Positions 49,441 through 59,385 of a stretch of DNA of 64,000 nt are shown one piece after another; the stretch's first letter is position 1, and every line of letters starts with the position of its first letter. The DNA lies in NCBI GenBank assembly GCA_032718475.1, contig JAUCBJ010007204.1, positions 85,154 through 149,153 on the forward strand, in the 5' to 3' direction. The stretch comes from Nemertoderma westbladi. Lineage: Eukaryota; Animalia; Xenacoelomorpha. The notes under the pieces are model-generated. The model saw nothing but the letters and a program-made list of their open reading frames with translations, was not told the DNA's origin and ran no database searches. A program made the translations under genes and the position numbers.

Positions 49441-50890
49441 ATGACGGAGTTGATAGAAGATGATCTTGGTATCAGGGAGCGATATACTCTACCTTTACAA
49501 GCATTTGTGGATAGCTTGATACGCGATGAAGCCGATCCAACCATTACGGAGGACGATGGTCGTTATATCGAACCGCCGATGTCCCAAGAGCAACTTACGC
49601 ATGAATTGGACTATCGAAAATTCACCGCTCGCTATACGCATCGTAATGGTACGTATATGGACTTCCTAACTACCGGCCATCCTATCGATTTACATGATAC
49701 GGACGATGTAGACACCGAAAGGGAAATGGTTCTATTTAAATATCATACCCAGCGGAGTCGTAACGATAAACCGAAAATAGATCATGAAAATTCTATTCGT
49801 AACAGACTGGGAAGACGAACCAATATGCCTAGAATCTGAGGAGATTCAGCCTATCGCGCCCGGAACAGCGACAACGATTACATCCTAGAATGGTATCAAG
49901 GTCCACAGTGTCTCACTGCGTACGATTATCGCCATGCCAACTATGTTTCTCGGCAACGTTGTCGGTTATGTGCATCTAGAGACCATGTTACGCCCATGGA
50001 CACAAACGTCTGCTGTTCCTATTTCCACGAACAACCGGCGATGGAAATTTATTGCGCGTATTGCAGACTCAATAACTTGCACATTTTTGCGGTTTGCCCT
50101 CAATTTATGACTCAATGGCACCATGGTCAACTAAAGGGACGCGCCAGTTTCGATTGCCCTTTTTAATCACGATTTGGAAAGCGTAGATGAAATGATCACA
50201 CTACGTTACATCAGAGCTTGGGAAGCGAACGCTGATTTACATTGTGATTCGCGCCATCGTTATTATCCTGGACGCGCTTACGAAGGAGTTTATGCGTTCC
50301 ATCCTTATCTATTCGCTTCTGTCGAACAGAAATCACGCATATCGAGTTACGAACTACTGATGCGCGTCGGAGAATGTATTTCAACCAAGTTCGTATGCAA
50401 ATTTCTCAGGAGTGTTAATCCTAGCGACCTTCATTCCTATAACTTAATCAATTATATCCGTCAGGATCCGGACTATGGAGACTTATTTGTTAACTCACAC
50501 CCCGAGTTACAGGAAGTATATCGACGGCCTTATGAATACCGAGCCTGCGAACACGAGTTGGAAAGAACCATTAAACCCCGGAGGTTTCTAACTGCCTATG
50601 GTCCACCCACGGCTCTCGTTCAGACCACTCATAAAGGACCCGTAAGAGCGGCTGTCTTAAAACGAGCTCTCAAAGCCGTTTGACCCCTCTCCCCCGACGT
50701 TGATGTCAATCAACCCGGTACTTCGACTGGCGGATACACCGACCATAATCCTACACCCTCTGATGCAATCATATTGCACCCTTCACCCAGGAGTTATAGC
50801 CCTCCTTGTAAAGTGGCTCGCCCCAAAGAGAAAAAGACTCTGGCTAGCTTTAAAAAACTGTGTAAACGCTGTCTGCGTAAGAAAGACTAA
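49441..50890 (+). pseudogene. Deleted remnant of ORF2 in copy D (N-terminus plus zinc-finger/C-terminal part, exonuclease domain deleted)
   Basis: MTELIEDD start; the junction at ~49810 joins A-equivalent ~7657 to ~10469; later frameshifts and stops. Confidence 0.88.
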
Positions 50891-50968
50891 CTGTTTAGAG
50901 TATTTACGTATATTAGAAACTGTGATTTTGTATATTTTATAGACTCAAATCCCATTTTCTGGGAGCGG

Positions 50969-52219
50969 TGTAAAAGCTTCTGTGGGATATAACTGGCCCT
51001 TTTGCTTTGCAATCCAGTTTCCCCCCAGGCGCTGGAATACTCTAAAAAGCTCTCTAACTATATATATATCCCCCTCGCCCGCAAGGTACCGTTATAGGTG
51101 TTTTAACGGACATAAAAGTCATTCTTCTATATACGTGCTTTGGAGGACATGGTAAGGCAAAAAACCCGCAATGCACCAAATACCCTTGCACAGCTTAGCC
51201 TTGATGATTCAGATTACGACATCTAACAGCTGGTTGCTCACATGGAAACGGCCATTGGACACATGGTTCTTTGTTTGCTTAACAGCCAATCAGAGCGATT
51301 TTTTCTGTCGATGTGGAGCTTTTGGCAGATCATGCTAGGAATGTCAGTCTTACTGTTTTTCTTGTTACTGTTGTGTTGTTTCTATCTAGGCCAGGAACAC
51401 CGGCTCTAGAGTCAATTCGTTTTCATACTTTAGAAGAAACATTAGTAGGCTTAAATTATAGAGCGTATAACTGTTATCGGTGCAACTCCGTTCAGTCTTT
51501 CATTATCGGTTCAACATACATTGTTGTGCTGCTGTTTGCTGTTGTCATATTTTGTATCAGTTGGTTGAATATTATTTGGATAACATCTATAAAGAACCCA
51601 AATTTCCCAATTTTCTTGATACACTACAGGTTAGAGAGACGGGTTATATATAGCGATTGCGACTTATATTATTGTGGTTTGTAGTGAATTTAATGCTATT
51701 TGATAAGAACTACATGAGTCCGTTGCTGTTCTCTTTATATATGATAAAATTCATTGACGGTCGGCAAATTAGTGAGCAGTATTGTGTGTTACCGGTAGTG
51801 TGCATGATTGTGGCTGATAACTAAGCATTTCCTAAAGAATGCGCCTCATACGTGAATCATAAGCCTTACCGACTTACCGTTGTGATTAGTATAAGTCATA
51901 TCTCTGTTTACCTAGATAGAGCGCCACGTCCTAAAGGAACTGTTAATATTTCCCGAAAGTGAATAATATTAGTCAGAAATTATTTATTAACGATCAATCG
52001 AATAATACAGTAAGCTTACACTGCAATAATAATCGAAGCCCTCAGAATCCAGTCTCCCGGGTATATCCAGCGGGTGAATGGACGCGCACTAGGCTGGCTT
52101 CTGCTAATGTTGTGTTTATTGGTATTAAACATTTGTCAACTTCTAAAGTCTATTTGTAAACCAAAAGACATATAAATTTTGGCAGGTTAAACTGCTAAAG
52201 GTCTTCAAAAGCGCGTACA
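50969..52219 (+). repeat. 3' LTR of copy D
   Basis: Follows TTCTGGGAGCGG; direct repeat of 24376-25626. Confidence 0.95.
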
Positions 52220-52948
52220 TAGTACGATTTATTAAAGACTACAAACCTAGGCACCACCTAACTCCAGATGACTTTTCTGAATCTGGACTACTTAACTTAG
52301 ATAGTAGAGTTAAGCAGCTACGCCTTAACCATGTGCATAAAGTGTATAATGGTAAATGTCCCAATTACCTAAAACAAAAATTCAACAGAGTACGCGATAC
52401 ACACTCTTACAGTACCAGAGCTAGTGCTTCAAACTTCTACCTCCCGAATTGTAAATCCTTTGAATCTGATACTTTCTTTTTTAACGGCATAAAAAATTGG
52501 AACGCTCTGCCTAATGAAATTAAAAACCTAAATAATCAACATTCTTTTAAATCTGCAGTTAAATCTCACCTCGGTGTGCAATGTAAAAATAGGTACAATA
52601 GTCCTACAGTAAGTTATTAGTTTATTAATTATTTACTATTTATACTGTAATTACGTTTTATAATAAATTGTTCTGTACATTACATCTTTATCGTTGAGTC
52701 GGGCATTGTCACGCTCTCGGTAAAGTTGTACATGTACATAGTGTAATTACGTTTTATATTGGTTTTAGGTTAGCGTAGTGTAATATTGTATTTGTAACCA
52801 AGTAACATAAAGGACCCCCTTGGAAATAAGCTGCAAAGCTTTAGGGGTAATCCTATATGTTATGTTGGACAATACCTTTATACCGGTACATTGTTTGGTG
52901 TATTTGTTATTGTTTTTACATAATGTATAAATAAATCTATCTATCTAT
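52220..52948 (+). pseudogene. LINE (L2/CR1 group) right part: RT C-terminus, 3' UTR and (TCTA)n tail
   Basis: The frame resumes QNKVV|RFIKDYKPRHHL...HSYSTR...WNALP..IK...FKSAVK, stopping at ~52619. AATAAA is followed by TCTATCTATCTA at ~52930-52948. Confidence 0.88.
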
Positions 52949-53490
52949 TCGCTTAGTTTTCTAATTAGAAGGTCGTGAGTTCGAACCCTAGAAGAGCATT
53001 ATTCTTTTTTCTAGCTCTAGGCTGACTCTAGTATACACTAGCTTTGACTCTCCCAGCTATAGTGATAGTATGCAACCTTGGGAGTTAATGTGCGGTCTTA
53101 TGAGTAAAGGACAATAGATTAGACTTCAGGTTGCCTCCATTGATTCACTCTTCTTAACTTTATAAAATAACTCAACCCTTATTTAAAGTTTTAAAATTAG
53201 GACTTAGTCGACTAATTTTCCAAAGTATATTATAAAAAACATATAATTTCTTGAATAAATAGACCTAATAGTAATAGATATTGTGGGTAAATACATTTAT
53301 AATACTAATATAATTATTATGGAAAATGCTCCTAATACTAATTGTTCGGTTGAACATAAATCAATAAAATAATATTATATTATTTAGGACAAAATGCTTT
53401 GAATATAATTCTCAATGGATAGCTTGACATATATGTGAGACAATCCACCACCATTAATTAATATTACTAAAAACCTTCAGCTGAGTGCAC

Positions 53491-53598
53491 TGTACAGAAT
53501 ACAAACATAGAACTAAACACATAGTAATATGTGGCGTTGTTTATGCACACATATAATGAAGGTCCATATTAGATATTGAGTATACATCCTACTGTACA
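53491..53598 (-). repeat. Candidate short 3' LTR of gypsy element F
   Basis: Inverted termini TGTACAG...CTGTACA, preceded on the sense strand by GGGGCGGCA. The second copy is not in the window. Confidence 0.45.
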
Positions 53599-53647
53599 TG
53601 CCGCCCCAGTCTATTGGTCGTATTTAAAGGAACAATATAGACGTTGA

Positions 53648-56600
53648 TTATTGAGTCAGTTTCGTTGCTTGGTAACGGATCGCTGGTCGTCTCTCCCGTG
53701 TGCCACGTCGTAATACATCCGGGTAATTATGTACAGGCATGGAAGGAGATTTAAGAGTTTTAGTGTCGTGAGTCGACATGGTAGATGAATCTGTCGAAAT
53801 GATAGGCATAGGTCGTAGAAATCGTCTGTTGCGCAGGAATACTCGTCCTGATGGAAGCAGCACGTAGTAAATGCGCCTATTGTTTTCTTCATTTCGCATG
53901 GATGTGATTTTGCCAAATCGATCCCACTTGCCAGTAACTGTGTCTTGGATATATACCATTGTTCCTATGTTCAAGATTGGTAGGGTATGGGCATGATTAT
54001 CATAACGTTGTTTGCTTGCAAACTCTTCACGTTTTCGACGGGCAGCCATTTTCTCAGCATTATCCAATCGATCACCCCAGTGAATATCCATTAGGCTACG
54101 GCTTGCGGGTAAACGCGTTCTTGTTAGTCGTCCATATAACATCTCTGAGGGTGCTGGGTGTTCTGAATTATGTGGGGTGTTCCTCCATTCGAGAAGACCT
54201 TCTATAAAGCTCAATTTGTCGAAATTGCCATTTGCTGAGGTGCTTTTCTTTGCAAGAGCTTTCATAGACTTTACTGCAGCTTCAGCGTGTCCGTTTGACT
54301 GGGGGTAATGGGCACTTCTGATAGCATGATTTATAGACCAGTCTTCACAAAATTGTTTAAATTCACGTGAAGTATATTGAGATCCCCCATCGGTTCTGAG
54401 TTTAATTGGCACTCCCGTGTCGCAAAACCATTCAGCCATCTTTGTTTTAACAGATGTAGTAGTGGGGACAGTCTTGCCAAAGAAGAATACATTTGGCCAC
54501 CCACTGTACCGATCGACATAAACCATGAAATAATTTCCTCCATAGCTAAATATGTCTGAGGAAACCCTTTCAAATGGCCGTTTTGGAAGTGATTCCTGTA
54601 TAAGGGGCTCTTGACATTGGCTTGCCTTGTGGACTTGGCACAGTTCACATGCTTCGATAGTGTTCCTAATAGCACTTCGAAAACCTGGCCAGTAATAAAG
54701 CTGGCGTGCCCGTTCGATAGTACGGCGCACTCCCTGGTGTGAGGCATGTAGACGGCGAAGTATTTCTCCCCTAGCTTGTATCGGCACTACTATACGGTTT
54801 CCTAAGACAATAAGACCATCTTGGATTGATAATTCTGGAAGTATATTTTTATAAGGAGTTAAAGTCGAGGGTAATTGGTTAGGTGAAGATAAACCATTAA
54901 TAATGATGTTACGAAGTATATCGTAATTTTCATCATTTTTAGCAGCATCATATAGAAGTTTGTATGCTGGATCTATTTCTTTGGTCAAAACAGACATGAC
55001 AGAACGAACATGTAAGGCAACATCTTCAGCGAAATCTGAGTCACCTGGTGTTGGTTTATCGACTGGAGAACGTGATAAAGTGTCAGCTATTATGTTATCT
55101 TTACCCGGAATCCACTCAGCTCTTATATTATAACCCATTAATTTCTCTTTCAGTCGCTGCAGTCGAACATTATCGATAGCATTGAGCAATTTGTCATTTA
55201 AAATGGAGCGTAATGGTTTGTGATCAGTCTTTATTATAATTCGTGGACATCCTAAAAGATATGTTCGACATTTCTTGACTGCCCATACAACTCCAAGAAG
55301 TTCGAGTTCGCAAACTGCCCAGTTCGATTCAGTCGTTGTGATAAACCTGCTCCCACATTGAACTATACGCCAACCTGCGTTATGTTTCTGCATGAGGACA
55401 AAGCCCAATCCATTTCTTGATGCATCTGTAAATAGTGCTGTTTCCAGGTTCATATCGAATGGTTTCAGAATAGGTAAAGAAATCATAGTAGCTTTGATAT
55501 CTTCAAAATTAGCAGTGTGTTCATCAGTCCAACGAAAAGTATTTTTTGAGCTTAATAATTCCTTCAGTGGTGCCGATGTTGGGGCAATTTTGTCTGAAAA
55601 CATGTTCAGCTGGTGAATAAGTCCTAGAAAAGAACGTAACTCCTTTAAGGTTTTTGGAACTGGGAATTCTTTAATTGCTCGTAATTTACTTGGGTCACCA
55701 CGAATCCCCTCACGTCCAATACGAAGGCCCACAAATTCGACTTCCGGTTGTCCGAATATAAACTTTTCTTTTGATAGAGTTATACGATATTCTCTGCACC
55801 GTTCTAGAATAGCCCGAACTGATTCTTTGTGTTCTTCAAATGATACAGTGTGAACTAATAGATCGTCGACTATTTTTTCTAGATTCTCTAAACCACTGAA
55901 AGCTTCGTCTCCCCAAATGCAGAACACATCCCCAGTAGAACTGAGACCCATTGGGGCACGTACAAACATATAGCATCCCCAGGGTGATATAAATGTCGTA
56001 AGTGGTTGACTAGACTCATCAAGAGGTATTTGCCAGTATCCTTTTACTGCGTCTGCTGTAGAGAAAAATTCTGCATTTGGTTTGATGCTGCTTACTATGT
56101 CAGCTGGGCATTTAAAAGGGTGTATTGGTCGTTCAACAAATTCATTGAGCTTTGTATAATCTATACAAATCCGGATTCCCCCTCTTGGTTTTTTAATTAC
56201 TACCATTGGTGCTATCCATTCTGGAGGAGGTTTTCCTGTATTCAGTTCTACTTTCTTAATGATACCAAGCCTTGTCATTTTTGCAAGTTCTGCTTTTGTT
56301 TCAGCCTCCAAATGTATTGGTATTTTTCGGGAGACTTTCAACTTATAAGGTATGGCTCCTGGTTTGAGATGTATTTCCATTGGAGGGATGTTCATGGGCA
56401 TGAATTTTGAATCATCGAAAACATCCTTAAATTCTTCTATTAATTCCTTACGAATAGAGTCAACATCATTTATTGCTTGTACTTGGCTTACTGTATGCTC
56501 TGGAATAGGGAATGATTCTGGTACTATGTTCAAAGATTTCAATGTGAACCAAGGTATAATAAAAGTTGAGCCAACCTTTGTGACAACTGCAAGGACTTTT

Positions 56601-57358
56601 ACATCAGTACCATAGTATTGAATATTGAGTGATATAATTCCACAAGCTTGAATTAATTGCTTATTAGCGGCGTATATTTTCGGTATTATATCGGTATTTA
56701 TTTCTGTTTCTAAGCCATTTTTCAAGAGGAGGTCATATGGAATAATTGGCGCATCAGCTCCTGTATCTGGCAGAGCATTGCATATAAAACTGTGATTATT
56801 TTGACCCTTTACCATGATCCTGATATGGGGTGCGCTCCGAGCAATCATTTCAAGTGTCGGTGTTTTAGATACATCATGAGATATATGAATTACAGATCCA
56901 ATAGGATTAATTGTATTATCTACTTTAGATTCGTGATCAATCCATGTATTAATAGTGTTTACAAAGAATTCCTCCCCAATGGTTGAGTATTCTTCGTCGG
57001 GTACATATACCTGATGGGTCTGGTTTTTATATTGCGGTTGGTTGACATTTTTCTGAATATGTCGATTGTTTGTTGATGATGAATGTTTCGGGATGAATAA
57101 ACAAACAGATTGGAAGTGACCATATTTATTGCACTTGGGACATTGGTGGTGGCTTGCTGGACATCTGGATCTGTTGATTCGGTGCATCATTCCAACATTT
57201 TCACCGCACCAACAGCAAGCTGAGTTTGATCTGCTTGTTGTATTATTGCTTGTAGACTTGTTTGGGTAAATTTTGTTGAACTTTGGAGGGAGGGATTGCA
57301 ATACTTGCAGTGCTTGAATAGAGTCATCATCTGACAATTTTGAGAGATGTGCCATCAT
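53648..57358 (-). CDS. Ty3/gypsy (Mag-like) Gag-Pol polyprotein of element F; gag 5' part interrupted
   Basis: CWCG..H..RCPA..QCPKCNKYGHFQSVC knuckles, protease LPDTGAD, RT RICIDY/KGYWQ/IVDD, RNase H TDAS, integrase HHCC plus D-D(TDGG)-E(NGHAE). The frame is open upstream to ~57495. Confidence 0.92.
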   Translation of the reverse strand: MMAHLSKLSDDDSIQALQVLQSLPPKFNKIYPNKSTSNNTTSRSNSACCWCGENVGMMHRINRSRCPASHHQCPKCNKYGHFQSVCLFIPKHSSSTNNRHIQKNVNQPQYKNQTHQVYVPDEEYSTIGEEFFVNTINTWIDHESKVDNTINPIGSVIHISHDVSKTPTLEMIARSAPHIRIMVKGQNNHSFICNALPDTGADAPIIPYDLLLKNGLETEINTDIIPKIYAANKQLIQACGIISLNIQYYGTDVKVLAVVTKVGSTFIIPWFTLKSLNIVPESFPIPEHTVSQVQAINDVDSIRKELIEEFKDVFDDSKFMPMNIPPMEIHLKPGAIPYKLKVSRKIPIHLEAETKAELAKMTRLGIIKKVELNTGKPPPEWIAPMVVIKKPRGGIRICIDYTKLNEFVERPIHPFKCPADIVSSIKPNAEFFSTADAVKGYWQIPLDESSQPLTTFISPWGCYMFVRAPMGLSSTGDVFCIWGDEAFSGLENLEKIVDDLLVHTVSFEEHKESVRAILERCREYRITLSKEKFIFGQPEVEFVGLRIGREGIRGDPSKLRAIKEFPVPKTLKELRSFLGLIHQLNMFSDKIAPTSAPLKELLSSKNTFRWTDEHTANFEDIKATMISLPILKPFDMNLETALFTDASRNGLGFVLMQKHNAGWRIVQCGSRFITTTESNWAVCELELLGVVWAVKKCRTYLLGCPRIIIKTDHKPLRSILNDKLLNAIDNVRLQRLKEKLMGYNIRAEWIPGKDNIIADTLSRSPVDKPTPGDSDFAEDVALHVRSVMSVLTKEIDPAYKLLYDAAKNDENYDILRNIIINGLSSPNQLPSTLTPYKNILPELSIQDGLIVLGNRIVVPIQARGEILRRLHASHQGVRRTIERARQLYYWPGFRSAIRNTIEACELCQVHKASQCQEPLIQESLPKRPFERVSSDIFSYGGNYFMVYVDRYSGWPNVFFFGKTVPTTTSVKTKMAEWFCDTGVPIKLRTDGGSQYTSREFKQFCEDWSINHAIRSAHYPQSNGHAEAAVKSMKALAKKSTSANGNFDKLSFIEGLLEWRNTPHNSEHPAPSEMLYGRLTRTRLPASRSLMDIHWGDRLDNAEKMAARRKREEFASKQRYDNHAHTLPILNIGTMVYIQDTVTGKWDRFGKITSMRNEENNRRIYYVLLPSGRVFLRNRRFLRPMPIISTDSSTMSTHDTKTLKSPSMPVHNYPDVLRRGTRERRPAIRYQATKLTQ

Positions 57359-57739
57359 GGAATAATGTGCTTGTTCATAATCAATTTCAGTCGTTGAAAC
57401 CTGCTGAGCAGAAGTGGAAATTGGGTTTGATAACGCACTAGTTGTTGCCGTTATCCCTACACCAGGGGGAAAAACGCTGATGCTGGAGACGTGACTTAAC
57501 AGACCACCGAGCCCCGGCCAGTCACCGGATATTGATTGTGGGGAGGGAATATTTTCTGAGATGCAAGTTTGCGGTTGATAAAAAGCTGCATTAGTTGGAT
57601 ATACTCTTTAATGTAACTTCCTATAGTTGAAACCTGATTAAGAATAATTTTGGGCTTCCCCAAATCAATATACACCAAATATTCACAATAATTATACACG
57701 ATAATATAAATCCCTACGGTATATTATTTAATAACCCAC

Positions 57740-59220
57740 TGTTCGCTCAGAATTTTAGCCTACCTAATGTTCCCCAGATTTTCCCTCGGTCCCAGTCTTA
57801 GTGCCGTAGTGTCGGTGTCGGTCGACCCTGTCGCGTGTCCGTTCCACCCCTCACGAACCCCGAAGGGAACGATCATCGAGAACCAGCACGGCTTGGCTAA
57901 GGGTCGGTCCAGTCGGTAGACTCTGTCGCGTATCCGTACCACCCCTCTCGAACCCCGAAGGGTTCGGTCATCGAGAACCAGTACGGCTTGGCTAGGAGTC
58001 TGTCGTGTCGGTGGACCCGTTCGCGTGTCCGTTCCACCCCTCACGAACCCCGAAGGGAACGATCATCGAGAACCAGCACGGCTTGGCTAAGGGTCGGTCC
58101 AGTCGGTAGACTCTGTCGCGTATCCGTACCACCCCTCTCGAACCCCGAAGGGTTCGGTCATCGAGAACCAGTACGGCTTGGCTAGGAGTCTGTCGTGTCG
58201 GTGGACCCGTTCGCGTGTCCGTTCCACCCCTCACGAACCCCGAAGGGTTCGATCATCGAGAACCAGAACGGCTTGGCTAGGGGTCCGTCGGTTCATCACA
58301 GAAACCCAACCACCTAGGCTTTCCGAGTCCGTTTCAGGCTCGTAGTCGCTTCGGCAGCCGAGAAACTGCTCCGAACAGTCGGTAGGCCAGTAGAGTCTAG
58401 TCGAGTCTAGTCCTTTGTCTTTCGACCCCATCGCGTGTCCGTTCCACCCCTCACGAACCCCGAAGGGAACGATCATCGAGAACCAGTACGGCTTGGCTAA
58501 GGGGTCTGTCGTCGGTTCCCGTCGCAAATCCCAGTACAAGCAGTCAGCGTTCCGAGTTCTTTTCAGTCTCGTAGTAGCTGCCGTTGACCAGAGACCGCTA
58601 AGGGCAGTTCTCGTCAAACCCGTCCTGTGGCCAGCCCTTTCGCATGTCCGTCCCACCCCTCACGAACCCCGAAGGGATCGGTCATCGAGAACCAGTACGG
58701 CTTAGGTCAGGGGGCAGTCGTTAGTTGACCACCCGTTCGCGTGTCCGCTCCACCCCTCACGAACCCCGGGGTTCGATCATCGAGAACCAGAACGGCTTGG
58801 CTACTAAGGGGCCGTCGGTGCCCGTCGCAAATCCCTGACACAAGCAGTCAGCGGTCCGAGTTCTTTTCAGTCTCGTAATGGCTGCTGTTGGCCAGGGACC
58901 GCTAAGGGCAGTCCTTGTCCTTTAGGCCTGGCGCATTACCAAATCCACCCCTACAGGCAGCAGGAAGTTGGCCAGGGCCTAATAGTACTCAGGCTAACCT
59001 GAATACTGCTTGCATTTTCCATCCCCCCTGGCCCTTATAACTATGAAATTATTCCCGTACCCTGTAAGTTGCCCCAAAGTTCGCCCATAAATCGCCCCCA
59101 GTTTATTGAATGTGCCCAAAACCCATGGTCCCGCACCCAGTAGTAATATCGGAATAATCAATTTTAATAAAATACAAAAATATTCAACTCGCGTTATGGA
59201 AAGTTGAAATACCGCGAACA
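57740..59220 (-). repeat. Putative 3' LTR of element E (~1481 bp) containing a repeat array
   Basis: Inverted termini TGTTCGC...GCGAACA, immediately after the G-run PPT on the sense strand. The partner LTR is outside the window. Confidence 0.72.
57830..58920 (-). repeat. Array of eight ~70-bp conserved units with variable spacers inside the E LTR
   Basis: CGCGTGTCCGTTCCACCCCTCACGAACCCCGAAGGG..CGATCATCGAGAACCAG.ACGGCTTGG at ~57832, 57927, 58022, 58117, 58212, 58432, 58641 and 58738. Confidence 0.9.
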
Positions 59221-59385
59221 GTCCCCCCCAATGACCTTCGTGAAGTCTGTCGGTCGATTGAGTTTGCGTAGGTCATTCCCAATATAAAAAACCCAAATTT
59301 AATATTGCATAGTTTTTAATTAATTTGGCCTAGAGTTTGTATAAAAATAAATGTTCGATAAATGTTCCTGGAATATCCCGATCCA

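Larger units (their letters stand above)
24376..52219 (+). mobile_element. BEL/Pao family 1 copy D: non-autonomous deletion derivative containing nested copy C
   Basis: Two 1251-bp LTRs differing at about 5 sites by eye; TSD TAGTA at 24371-24375 and 52220-52224. RT, most of RNase H, IN and the exonuclease core are deleted. Confidence 0.95.

Noticed and set aside
52955-53010. tRNA gene suggested by the B-box-like GAGTTCGAACCC plus a T-run
   Set aside because: No A-box or cloverleaf could be built. At most a SINE-like remnant.
57496-57739. Unassigned segment between gypsy F and the E LTR
   Set aside because: It could be a piece of another insertion, but no boundary or TSD can be confirmed within the window.
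57830-58920. CRISPR array
   Set aside because: Units are ~70 bp, spacers recur and vary widely in length, the context is a eukaryotic LTR, and there are no cas genes.
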